40,593 nt of DNA from Draconibacterium orientale. Its GTDB lineage: Bacteria > Bacteroidota > Bacteroidia > Bacteroidales > UBA1556. A program made the position numbers and the translations under genes. The stretch spans positions 1-40,593 of the forward strand of contig DZDC01000003.1 in NCBI GenBank assembly GCA_022736595.1. The letters run 5' to 3'. Positions within the stretch are counted from its first letter, which is position 1. The number at the start of each line of letters is the position of its first letter. Positions 1 through 7,793 of the stretch are shown here, one piece after another. The notes beneath the pieces were generated by a model. That model was not told the DNA's origin. It was given only the letters and a program-made list of their open reading frames with translations, and searched no databases.

Positions 1-200
1 ATCAAATTATTCCTTCTTTGTTTGGTAGCATTAATCAAAATTCTGAAGAATTTTTTGTTTTATATCATCCTCGATTTTATACTGTGTTTTTTAGCATTGG
101 AATGCAAAAACTATTCGATATTCAGGAATTGGATTTCAAGTTTAAAAGTTTTCAGCATATTAGATCCAAGATTGATTCCTCAAAACACGAATTATTTGAT
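1..200 (+). ncRNA. Candidate 6S-like structured RNA (or structured 5' leader) upstream of the cyclo-ligase gene; may extend beyond the window's left edge
   Basis: Hand pairing gives one long imperfect hairpin. Helices are 1-12/189-200 (11 of 12 bp), 30-36/170-176 (7 bp, one GU), 41-54/144-157 (12 of 14), 67-70/131-134, 86-91/106-111 and 94-97/102-105, capped by a tgga loop. An unpaired bubble lies at 55-66 versus 135-143. It is on the same strand as, and directly 5' of, the ygfA-like gene, as ssrS is in E. coli. No covariance model was run. Confidence 0.3.
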
Positions 201-213
201 TTTACCTCATTAA

Positions 214-756
214 ATGGATAAAAAAATCTTTAGAAACCAAATTCGCCAAAAATCAAAATTGATGAATTCCGATGAAATTCATCATCAATCTAAATTAATT
301 TTTCAAAGAATTGAGCAAGATTCTGTCTTTCTTCAGGCAAGAGTTGTTCTCGCTTTTTGGTCGCTGAAAGATGAGGTTTTTACTCATGATTTCATTGTAA
401 AATGGAGTAAGGAAAAAACCTTTGCTTTACCGGTAATGATTGGTGATAGCATGGAAATACGGGAGTTTACGGGAGTTCATTATTTGCAAAATCAAAATTC
501 ATTTGGAGTTTTGGAACCAATAAATGGTAAACTGATAGCTTGGGATAACATCGAATTTGCGCTTATTCCTGGTGTAGCTTTCGATTTTAATCACAATCGA
601 TTGGGGAGAGGAAAAGGTTACTATGATCGCATTATGCATCAAATTTCTGCACCAAAAGCTGGATTAGCCTTCGATTATCAATGGGTTGAACATGTCCCTG
701 TTGGTTTACACGATAAGTCGGTGGACTTTGTCTTTACCCCTAATGGAAAATTCTAA
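214..756 (+). CDS. ygfA: 5-formyltetrahydrofolate cyclo-ligase (MTHFS family)
   Basis: 180 aa with an ATG start. Family motifs LIPGVAFD and NRLGRGKGYYDR are present, and the size is typical. Confidence 0.9.
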   Translation: MDKKIFRNQIRQKSKLMNSDEIHHQSKLIFQRIEQDSVFLQARVVLAFWSLKDEVFTHDFIVKWSKEKTFALPVMIGDSMEIREFTGVHYLQNQNSFGVLEPINGKLIAWDNIEFALIPGVAFDFNHNRLGRGKGYYDRIMHQISAPKAGLAFDYQWVEHVPVGLHDKSVDFVFTPNGKF

Positions 757-798
757 AGGATATTTTTGATTATAGAATGATGTTAAATAATATTTTCC

Positions 799-806
799 TA
801 CTTTTG
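799..806 (+). promoter_or_regulatory. Bacteroidota -7 promoter box TACTTTTG (TAnnTTTG)
   Basis: Exact TAnnTTTG match about 30 nt upstream of the ATG at 837. No clean -33 TTTG at canonical spacing. Confidence 0.35.
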
Positions 807-836
807 ACTCAAATTGCACATTAAAAAATTTGTGGT

Positions 837-2708
837 ATGGAAGGATGGTCTAAAATTCGAATAGTATTGCTGTTGTTTTTCATTGCGTTGATCAATGATA
901 CAGCCTTGGCTCAAATTAGGTTTGCATCTGGAATTCAATCAGAGGTTTATAATCAATTTGCAACAGATATTTCCAACAATACGCGAGTACCAATCAAGGT
1001 GATAGTAAGTAAAGGAAGTCTTGAAAACTTGTTGCTAATTCAATCTGATTCGGTACAAATGGCACTCATCCAGTACGATGTGTTGTATGATGAGGGAATT
1101 ACCAATCCAAAAATTAAGGAAAACATTAAAGTCTTTTTACCACTTTATGATGAAGAAATTCACCTCATTAGCTTAAAACGAAATGGTATTAAAAACATCG
1201 AAGATATTATTGGTAAGCGGGTTGGAATGGGAAATGAAAATTCAGGAACCATTTTTACCTCTCGCAGTATAAAATCAAAATCGGGAATTGACTGGATTGA
1301 GTATATTGTTGATTTTGAACATTCTATACCTGCATTGTTTAAGGATAGTATCGACGCTTTTTTCTTTGTTGGAGCCGCTCCTTCCAATTTAATTACTGCT
1401 TTGCCCTTAGAGGTTCAAAATCAGTTGCAATTGGTTTCTATTGATTTAGGAAAAAATAACCATTGTTTTGAGAACCAAATCATTCCTAGAAACACTTATT
1501 CTTGGCAAGATACCGATGTGAAAACTTATTCCATTAAGTCGCTTATTATTCTTAACACCATGAATCTTAATGGATCTCGCTTGAATCAAATTGATAGTTT
1601 ATACATGGATTTGAGCGACAACCTCAGAGGGATTCAGCTCAATAAGTTTTCACACCCCAAATGGAAAAGTGTTGAGTTTTCTGATATGGACAATATCGAT
1701 TGGCCCGTTTTTAAAGAGTCTTTTACAGTGAAAGAATGGGTGCTTGATAGCATTGGTTGGCTGGCTGCATTGTTGAGTTTGTTTCAAGTTTACTTTATTG
1801 TCAACAAGCTTTGGAAACGCAAACATGAAGTGCTGGTAACAGAGAGTATTTCTATTTCTGCCATGTTTATCAGCATATTAATCAATTCGTTTTTTGCTAT
1901 TAAAAATATAAGCATTTCGGGCTATGCACAATTTTCAAACAACTTGCTTTGGATTATGGCCTCCAGTGTCAATGTTTTAATAGGTATTGGCCTTTTTGTC
2001 AATGCAAATAAGAAGGTTAATTTTGCCACTCTTTTGGGTAAAGCACTTAATTTGGAGAGGAAAGAGGCTGGAGATTTAGCCAAGGCTTTCTTTCAACCTT
2101 CTGCAGCAGATAAAATCATTGATATTTTGAGCCGTTTAGCTTTGATTGATAATGATTTGGATGCAAAAGAAAAAGCGTACATCCAACATTTTGCTGATGA
2201 ATGGCATATCGAAATCGACTGGGAAATAATACTCACTCAAAAGAAATCGGAAAATAATTCGTTTAATGCCTTGCGTCACGCGGTCCAGAATTATGTATCC
2301 GTATTTCCTCCAGTAGATCAAGCCACCCATTTGATAGATGTGATTCGTTTGCTGATACGTGCCGATGGAGTGGTAAGTAAGGAAGAATTGCTAATGGAGG
2401 CAGAATTGGTGGGAATTATCTCTAAGTATGTTAGTAATTCAGCAGAGATAGAACAGTTTAGAATTGCTGTTGTTCCTCAAAACGAAGCTCAAGATAGAGC
2501 CATACAATCCAAATTTCCGGAACTAGATAAACTGGAGATAGCAGGAGGAACAGCTTACTTATCAGAAAGTTATTTTTCAGAACAATATGCAACTCAATTG
2601 GCTGGTGAATACAGAGCTTTAAATGTGTTTTCTTTGGTTTTTAACCCAAGAGTATTGGCCGAATCGGGCCATTTGATGAATGAAATAAAAGCTCAAATGA
2701 AAGGTTAA
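837..2708 (+). CDS. Fusion protein: signal peptide + TAXI-type (TRAP-associated) periplasmic solute-binding domain + 3 predicted TM helices + cytoplasmic TerB-like domain + uncharacterised C-terminal tail
   Basis: 623 aa. The N-terminal signal peptide ends ALAQ. The N-terminal half aligns by eye with the protein at 22737..23837: ALIQYDVLYDE/SFIQYDVLLYE, VFLPLYDEEIHLISLK/VLLPLGTEQIHIITLK, GKRVGMGNENSGT/GKKVGIGSSLMGT, IDAFFFVGAAP/IDAFFYVGAKP, VKTYSIKSLII/VETYAVKSLLV. Three hydrophobic stretches lie at about residues 300-390. The C-terminus has paired helices with IDNDLDAKEKAYIQHF and LIRADGVVSKEELLME, which look TerB-like. Confidence 0.8.
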   Translation: MEGWSKIRIVLLLFFIALINDTALAQIRFASGIQSEVYNQFATDISNNTRVPIKVIVSKGSLENLLLIQSDSVQMALIQYDVLYDEGITNPKIKENIKVFLPLYDEEIHLISLKRNGIKNIEDIIGKRVGMGNENSGTIFTSRSIKSKSGIDWIEYIVDFEHSIPALFKDSIDAFFFVGAAPSNLITALPLEVQNQLQLVSIDLGKNNHCFENQIIPRNTYSWQDTDVKTYSIKSLIILNTMNLNGSRLNQIDSLYMDLSDNLRGIQLNKFSHPKWKSVEFSDMDNIDWPVFKESFTVKEWVLDSIGWLAALLSLFQVYFIVNKLWKRKHEVLVTESISISAMFISILINSFFAIKNISISGYAQFSNNLLWIMASSVNVLIGIGLFVNANKKVNFATLLGKALNLERKEAGDLAKAFFQPSAADKIIDILSRLALIDNDLDAKEKAYIQHFADEWHIEIDWEIILTQKKSENNSFNALRHAVQNYVSVFPPVDQATHLIDVIRLLIRADGVVSKEELLMEAELVGIISKYVSNSAEIEQFRIAVVPQNEAQDRAIQSKFPELDKLEIAGGTAYLSESYFSEQYATQLAGEYRALNVFSLVFNPRVLAESGHLMNEIKAQMKG

Positions 2709-2946
2709 AGTTATGGATTTCCAGCGATTATGTTCAAGTTAGTCGGTTGTCATTATACTTGTTAATATTAGATATTGGAGATTTAAAACTATTTGGAAAA
2801 TAATTGTTAATTAAACAAAGATTCTAAAGCATATATTCGTCTTGTTATATGTGCGAATCGAATCAAAATTTATTCCCGTTTTCTAAATAATTGGTGTTGA
2901 TTTAGGATTAAATAGGATTGATTTAATTAAAATGATTTATTGTGTG

Positions 2947-2954
2947 TACTTTTG
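2947..2954 (+). promoter_or_regulatory. Orphan -7 box TACTTTTG inside the long spacer
   Basis: Exact TAnnTTTG about 30 nt upstream of the hairpin terminator at 2984..3011. No ORF longer than 3 codons lies between them. Confidence 0.2.
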
Positions 2955-2983
2955 CTTAATGATTTGATGAAATTTTAGCACAG

Positions 2984-3011
2984 AACCTACAACTTGTTTG
3001 TAGGTTTTTTT
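2984..3011 (+). terminator. Rho-independent terminator
   Basis: Perfect 9-bp stem aacctacaa/ttgtaggtt with a 5-nt loop, followed by a run of 7 T. It lies 275 nt after the stop at 2708. Confidence 0.6.
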
Positions 3012-3125
3012 GTTTAGAGTATAACCAAATTTACGCAAACGGTGAATTTTATCAATCCTATTAATTTCTGGCATTTTACACTATTTTTTCTGTAAAGTTC
3101 AATACGCTTTTTATACTTTTGTAAG

Positions 3126-4655
3126 ATGAAAAATGCAATCTTAATCCTTGATTTTGGGTCACAATATACCCAGTTGATCGCCCGCAGAGTACGTGAATTG
3201 AATGTTTACTGTGAGATTCATCCCTATAATCATATTCCGGAATATATAGCTGATTTTAAAGGTGTTATTCTGTCTGGAAGTCCATCATCTGTCAGAGATA
3301 ATAATGCTCCAATGCCTAATCTGTCGCAAATTCGTGGGGCAAAACCGCTACTTGGAGTTTGCTACGGTGCGCAGTATTTAGCACAGTCCGAAGGGGGGAA
3401 TGTTATGCCATCGGCTACTCGAGAATATGGAAGAGCCAATCTTCATTTTGTAGATCAAAGTAGTGAATTGCTTAAAGGAATGACTCAGAACAGCCAAGTA
3501 TGGATGTCGCACGGGGATACCATTACCACTATTCCTCAAAGCTTTGAGATCATTTCCAGTACTTCCGATGTTAATGTGGCAGGTTTTAAAATAAAGGGCG
3601 AAGCGACTTATGGAATTCAATTTCATCCCGAAGTTTATCATTCAAAGGAAGGTCAAAAGCTTTTAAGTAATTATGTGATAGATATATGCAATTGTGAACC
3701 AGATTGGACTCCTGCTAGTTTTGTAGAAACTTCGGTGGAGGATTTACGTCTCCAATTGGGCAACGACAAAGTTGTTTTAGGTCTTTCCGGAGGAGTGGAT
3801 TCCAGTGTTGCAGCAGTGCTTCTGAATAAAGCCATAGGAAGTAATTTATATTGCATTTTTGTAGATAATGGACTTTTAAGAAAAAATGAATTTGAAGAAG
3901 TTCTCAATTCATACAAAGGAATGGGATTGAATGTGAAAGGAGTGGATGCTAAACAACGTTTTTACGATGCCTTAAAAGGGCTAACCGATCCCGAAGCCAA
4001 ACGTAAAGCCATTGGCAAAACCTTTATCGACGTTTTTGATCATGAAAGTCATCAAATTGAGGATGTAATTTGGTTGGCTCAAGGAACCATTTATCCCGAT
4101 GTTATTGAATCAGTTAGCGTAAAAGGGCCAAGTGCAACCATCAAATCGCATCATAATGTGGGTGGATTGCCTGATTATATGAAACTTAAAATTGTTGAGC
4201 CCCTTAAGTCACTTTTTAAGGATGAAGTGCGCAGGGTGGGAGCTTCATTGAATATGAGTCAAGAATTACTCGGGCGCCATCCATTTCCTGGTCCAGGACT
4301 TGGAATTAGAATCCTTGGGGATATTACCGCTGATAAAGTTAAAATTCTGCAAGAAGTAGATTATATTTACATTAGCTCCTTGAAGGAGTTTGGTCTTTAC
4401 GATAAAGTTTGGCAAGCTGGTTCCATATTGTTACCAATTCAATCTGTTGGAGTTATGGGCGATGAACGCACCTACGAACAAGTGGTGGCGCTCAGAGCTG
4501 TGGAATCAACCGACGGAATGACCGCCGACTGGGTGCATTTGCCCTATGAATTTTTAGCCAAAGTGAGTAACGAAATTATCAATAAAGTTCGTGGGGTGAA
4601 TAGAGTGGTTTATGATATCAGTTCCAAACCTCCTGCTACCATTGAATGGGAATAG
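3126..4655 (+). CDS. guaA: GMP synthase (glutamine-hydrolysing)
   Basis: 509 aa. It has an N-terminal class-I glutamine amidotransferase domain ([13 protein letters not shown]), the PP-loop SGGVDSS, and the conserved C-terminus PPATIEWE. Confidence 0.97.
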   Translation: MKNAILILDFGSQYTQLIARRVRELNVYCEIHPYNHIPEYIADFKGVILSGSPSSVRDNNAPMPNLSQIRGAKPLLGVCYGAQYLAQSEGGNVMPSATREYGRANLHFVDQSSELLKGMTQNSQVWMSHGDTITTIPQSFEIISSTSDVNVAGFKIKGEATYGIQFHPEVYHSKEGQKLLSNYVIDICNCEPDWTPASFVETSVEDLRLQLGNDKVVLGLSGGVDSSVAAVLLNKAIGSNLYCIFVDNGLLRKNEFEEVLNSYKGMGLNVKGVDAKQRFYDALKGLTDPEAKRKAIGKTFIDVFDHESHQIEDVIWLAQGTIYPDVIESVSVKGPSATIKSHHNVGGLPDYMKLKIVEPLKSLFKDEVRRVGASLNMSQELLGRHPFPGPGLGIRILGDITADKVKILQEVDYIYISSLKEFGLYDKVWQAGSILLPIQSVGVMGDERTYEQVVALRAVESTDGMTADWVHLPYEFLAKVSNEIINKVRGVNRVVYDISSKPPATIEWE

Positions 4656-4695
4656 TTATTGATTATTACTCAGGCGTTTTTTAATACAACCAATT

Positions 4696-6561
4696 ATGAA
4701 TAGAATAAAGTTTTTCGCTGTGAAATTTGTAATAATGCTTCTATTATTATTCTCATTTCAAGGTGTCTTGTTGGCTCAAGCTGAGACCTCTAAGAGTTCT
4801 CAAATTATGCAAGATGTATCGGGTAAAAGCTTTTATGTGCATAAAGTAGTGAAAGGAGAAAATCTATTTCGTTTAACCCAAATCTACGGTACGCCCACAG
4901 ATACAATTCTTAAATACAATCCTCAAATAAAAAAGGATATCAAATCAGGTATGGAAATTAAAATTCCAGTACCTGTGGTAATAGCACCAAAAGCACCAGC
5001 AATAAAGGTAGATGAAGGCTTTCATAAAGTAGAAAAGGGCGAAACGGCTTTTAGTATTTGTAAAGAATATAATATTTCTCAAGAGGATTTATTGAAATGG
5101 AACAAACTAACGGATGCAAATCTACAAATAGGCCAATTGTTAAGGGTCAAAGCGCCTCAAGAATTAGAATCTAAAACACCTACCGCTACAGCTACCTATT
5201 CAAAATATACCATAAAGCCAGGGGATACTTATTACTTTCTTGAGAAAAATACTGGGTTAAAAACGCAACAACTTAAAGAAATTAATCCACAACTCGCTGA
5301 TAAAGGTCTTAGTGCAGGCATGGCCATCAATGTGCCAGTAGGTTGTAAGCTTTTAAGTCTTCCTAAAGTAGATGGAAAAGATAGTCTGAAAACAGGAACC
5401 AATCAATTACCCGACGAAAATAGCCAGCCTAAAAATGTTGGTTTTTCTAAATGTGGCGACCCCAGTAAGAAAGGTAAAGTTTATCAAATTGGGTTGTTAA
5501 TTCCTTTGTATTTACAAAATGAAAAAGACATAAATGTTGAGAACAAATTCGCAATTCAAAAACCAGAATCCTATATTTCTTTAAGGTTTATTGAGTTTTA
5601 TCAAGCAGCGCAGTTGGCCTTTGACTCCTTATCTAAACTTGGTTTTAAAGCTGAAATTTTTGTTTGGGATACCAAAGGCGACCCAAAAGTAGTTGATTCC
5701 ATTTGCAAGCTCGATGAGTTTAAAAATTTGGATTTGGTTTTAGGTCCCTTTTATCAAAAGACATTTTCGGCAGTTGAAACTGCAATTGCAAACAGAGATA
5801 TGGTTTGGGTGGATATGTTTAGCACCGATGCTCCTAAAAACATTACTAAGGCAAATGTTTTTATACTTAAAACAACAGAGTATTACCAATACTATTCTTT
5901 GGCAAAATACATCAATGACAGCCTAAGAAACAGCGTGGTTTCTATTCTTCATAGTGGAACATCTTCTGAATTAAAGCAATTGGGCATTTTGAAGAGCGCA
6001 TTGCAAGCCGCCGGAGTCGGAAGCAATGTCTATGATTACCGAAGTGGTGGTTTTAACTCATTGATGGGAAATTTAAGAAGCGGCAACACTGCCAATGTTA
6101 TTTTTAATTTAACTACCGATGAAGTAAAAGTGAGCAACTTTTTAAGATTACTCAATCCCCATCGCGAAAAATCAATCATTTATTTAATGGCTCTTGAAAA
6201 GCAGTGGGCTGGACTAAAAACATTGGAAACCGAATATTTGGGTAATCTCGGATATACTACTGCAAATGATTACTATGTGAACTATGCCGATAGTAGTGAT
6301 GCAGCCTATTTTGAGAGTAAATTCTATTCTAAATATGGTAAGGCACCAGGGAAGATTGGGGTTATGGGTTATGATGTAAGCATGTATTTTGGAATGGCGC
6401 TTCTTCGGTATGGAAAAGATTTTGACGCTTGTCTTAAAATTTACCCACAAAAAATGCTTCATACTCCCACGAGCTTCAAGTCGTTAGGCAATGGGGTATA
6501 TCAAAATACCAAAGCCAATGTAGTAAGTCATAAAGGTTTTATTCGGTCACGAAAAAATTAA
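4696..6561 (+). CDS. Secreted LysM-repeat protein fused to a type-1 periplasmic-binding-protein-like domain
   Basis: 621 aa with a signal peptide. Three LysM-like repeats are visible (YVHKVVKGENLFRLTQIYG..., HKVEKGETAFSICKEYNIS..., YTIKPGDTYYFLEKNTGL...). The roughly 370-aa C-terminal part resembles Leu/Ile/Val-binding-type receptors. Domain naming is from memory of the family. Confidence 0.75.
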   Translation: MNRIKFFAVKFVIMLLLLFSFQGVLLAQAETSKSSQIMQDVSGKSFYVHKVVKGENLFRLTQIYGTPTDTILKYNPQIKKDIKSGMEIKIPVPVVIAPKAPAIKVDEGFHKVEKGETAFSICKEYNISQEDLLKWNKLTDANLQIGQLLRVKAPQELESKTPTATATYSKYTIKPGDTYYFLEKNTGLKTQQLKEINPQLADKGLSAGMAINVPVGCKLLSLPKVDGKDSLKTGTNQLPDENSQPKNVGFSKCGDPSKKGKVYQIGLLIPLYLQNEKDINVENKFAIQKPESYISLRFIEFYQAAQLAFDSLSKLGFKAEIFVWDTKGDPKVVDSICKLDEFKNLDLVLGPFYQKTFSAVETAIANRDMVWVDMFSTDAPKNITKANVFILKTTEYYQYYSLAKYINDSLRNSVVSILHSGTSSELKQLGILKSALQAAGVGSNVYDYRSGGFNSLMGNLRSGNTANVIFNLTTDEVKVSNFLRLLNPHREKSIIYLMALEKQWAGLKTLETEYLGNLGYTTANDYYVNYADSSDAAYFESKFYSKYGKAPGKIGVMGYDVSMYFGMALLRYGKDFDACLKIYPQKMLHTPTSFKSLGNGVYQNTKANVVSHKGFIRSRKN

Positions 6562-6565
6562 AGCT

Positions 6566-6682
6566 ATGAGCAATAATAATGCAACTGTTTATATCATTGT
6601 AGCCATCGTTGTTGCTCACTTCTTAGTAGGAATTGGGTACTTGATATACAAGATTTATTACAATAATGATAAATCAACATAG
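6566..6682 (+). CDS. Unannotated small single-pass membrane protein (38 aa)
   Basis: The ATG at 6566 lies 4 nt after the upstream stop. Translation is MSNNNATVYIIVAIVVAHFLVGIGYLIYKIYYNNDKST with one clear hydrophobic helix, and TAG falls at 6680-6682. It is below the 60-aa cut-off of the ORF track. Confidence 0.35.
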   Translation: MSNNNATVYIIVAIVVAHFLVGIGYLIYKIYYNNDKST

Positions 6683-6713
6683 TTTTTTTGAATACAAATG
6701 GCATTTTAAGTAG

Positions 6714-6721
6714 TACTTTTG
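6714..6721 (+). promoter_or_regulatory. -7 box TACTTTTG with upstream TTTG (6687-6690)
   Basis: TAnnTTTG lies 21 nt upstream of the tatA ATG at 6742, and a TTTG sits 23 nt upstream of the box. Confidence 0.45.
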
Positions 6722-6741
6722 TTAATATAAATTTAAATAAT

Positions 6742-6948
6742 ATGATTCAATTCAATATTTTGCTCGGCATTGTGGGTGTTAATGAGATTATTGTAATCTT
6801 AATTGTAGTGTTGTTGCTTTTTGGAGGTAAGAAAATTCCCGAACTAATGAGAGGTTTAGGCAAAGGAATGAAAGAATTTAAAGATGCTTCCCGCGATATA
6901 CAGGAGGAAATCAAGAATAATGATCCAACCAAGGAATTACGTAAATAA
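6742..6948 (+). CDS. tatA: Twin-arginine translocase subunit TatA/E
   Basis: 68 aa from the ATG at 6742; the ORF-track start at 6688 is a TTG extension. A TM helix is followed by the amphipathic motif FGGKKIPELMRGLGKGMKEFK. Confidence 0.9.
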   Translation: MIQFNILLGIVGVNEIIVILIVVLLLFGGKKIPELMRGLGKGMKEFKDASRDIQEEIKNNDPTKELRK

Positions 6949-6953
6949 TATCG

Positions 6954-7790
6954 ATGCCTCTTTTTAATAGAGCTAAATTGCAACAAACCAATGATTCCAC
7001 ACAAATGGGGTTTTGGGATCATCTTGACGTGCTCCGACGGTCGTTAATGCGCATTTTCGTAGTAATAATAACCTTGGCTGTTTTAGCCTTTGTGTATTCC
7101 GACTTTGTGTATAATGAAATCATTTTAGCCCCAAAGAATCCCAATTTCTTTACCAATAAATTTATGTGTGAAATAGGTAATGCATTAAATATTAGTGTAT
7201 TATGTATTAATCAACGTGAATTTACCTTGAATAATCTTGAGATGGCAGGCCAGTTTCGGTCCAATATGTTAATTGCTGTGGTTTCTGGTTTTGTGGTTGC
7301 ACTGCCGTATTTACTTGCTGAAATTTGGTGGTTTGTGCGACCCGCTCTTACTCCAAAAGAGCGAAAAGGGATTCGTGGTTTTGTATTTATTACCTCTTTC
7401 CTTTTTGCTTTAGGAATTGCTTTTGGCTACTATCTTATTACACCACTTTCAATTGATTTCTTGGTGTCTTGGACTTTGAGCCCTGATATTGTAAATACCA
7501 TTCAATTGAGTTCGTATATTAGTCTCGTAGTGATGATTAGCCTTTCGACTGGCTTGGTTTTTCAGCTCCCGGTTTTAGTTTTCTTTCTTGCAAAAATGGG
7601 AATAGTCTCTGCAGCATTTCTAAAGCAATATCGAAAGCATGCAATTGTTGTCATCTTTATTCTGTCAGCAGTAATCACTCCGCCAGATATTTTTAGTCAA
7701 GTTCTCGTTTCTTTGCCTTTGATTTTGCTTTATGAAATAAGCATTAGAATAGCAAAGAGAGTTGAAAAAAATCGTCTTGAAGAATTATAG
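6954..7790 (+). CDS. tatC: Twin-arginine translocase subunit TatC
   Basis: 278 aa with FWDHLDVLRRSL near the N-terminus and six hydrophobic segments. It starts 5 nt after tatA. An alternative start at Met18 (7005) is possible. Confidence 0.92.
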   Translation: MPLFNRAKLQQTNDSTQMGFWDHLDVLRRSLMRIFVVIITLAVLAFVYSDFVYNEIILAPKNPNFFTNKFMCEIGNALNISVLCINQREFTLNNLEMAGQFRSNMLIAVVSGFVVALPYLLAEIWWFVRPALTPKERKGIRGFVFITSFLFALGIAFGYYLITPLSIDFLVSWTLSPDIVNTIQLSSYISLVVMISLSTGLVFQLPVLVFFLAKMGIVSAAFLKQYRKHAIVVIFILSAVITPPDIFSQVLVSLPLILLYEISIRIAKRVEKNRLEEL

Positions 7791-7793
7791 CCA

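Noticed and set aside
18-221. ORFs 18..221 and 22..213 (67 and 63 aa) upstream of the cyclo-ligase gene
   Set aside because: They overlap each other in different frames and have low-complexity, Phe/Ile-rich translations with no recognisable motif. They coincide with the extensively self-complementary region, which is better explained as RNA structure or leader.
2937-3074. 45-codon minus-strand ORF (MPEINRIDKIHRLRKFGYTLNKKTYKQVVGSVLKFHQIIKQKYTQ), very basic
   Set aside because: It runs straight through the 2984-3011 terminator hairpin, and no promoter box lies upstream on its strand. An open frame of this length is not rare by chance. It is kept only as a remote possibility.
3114-3121. TAnnTTTG match 4 nt upstream of the guaA ATG
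   Set aside because: It is too close to the start codon to give a leader, so it would imply a leaderless or internal start. It cannot be supported from sequence alone and is therefore not listed as a promoter feature.
3012-3125. Looked for a purine/guanine riboswitch in the guaA leader
   Set aside because: I could not find the conserved three-way-junction core or any convincing paired elements. The leader is short and AT-rich.
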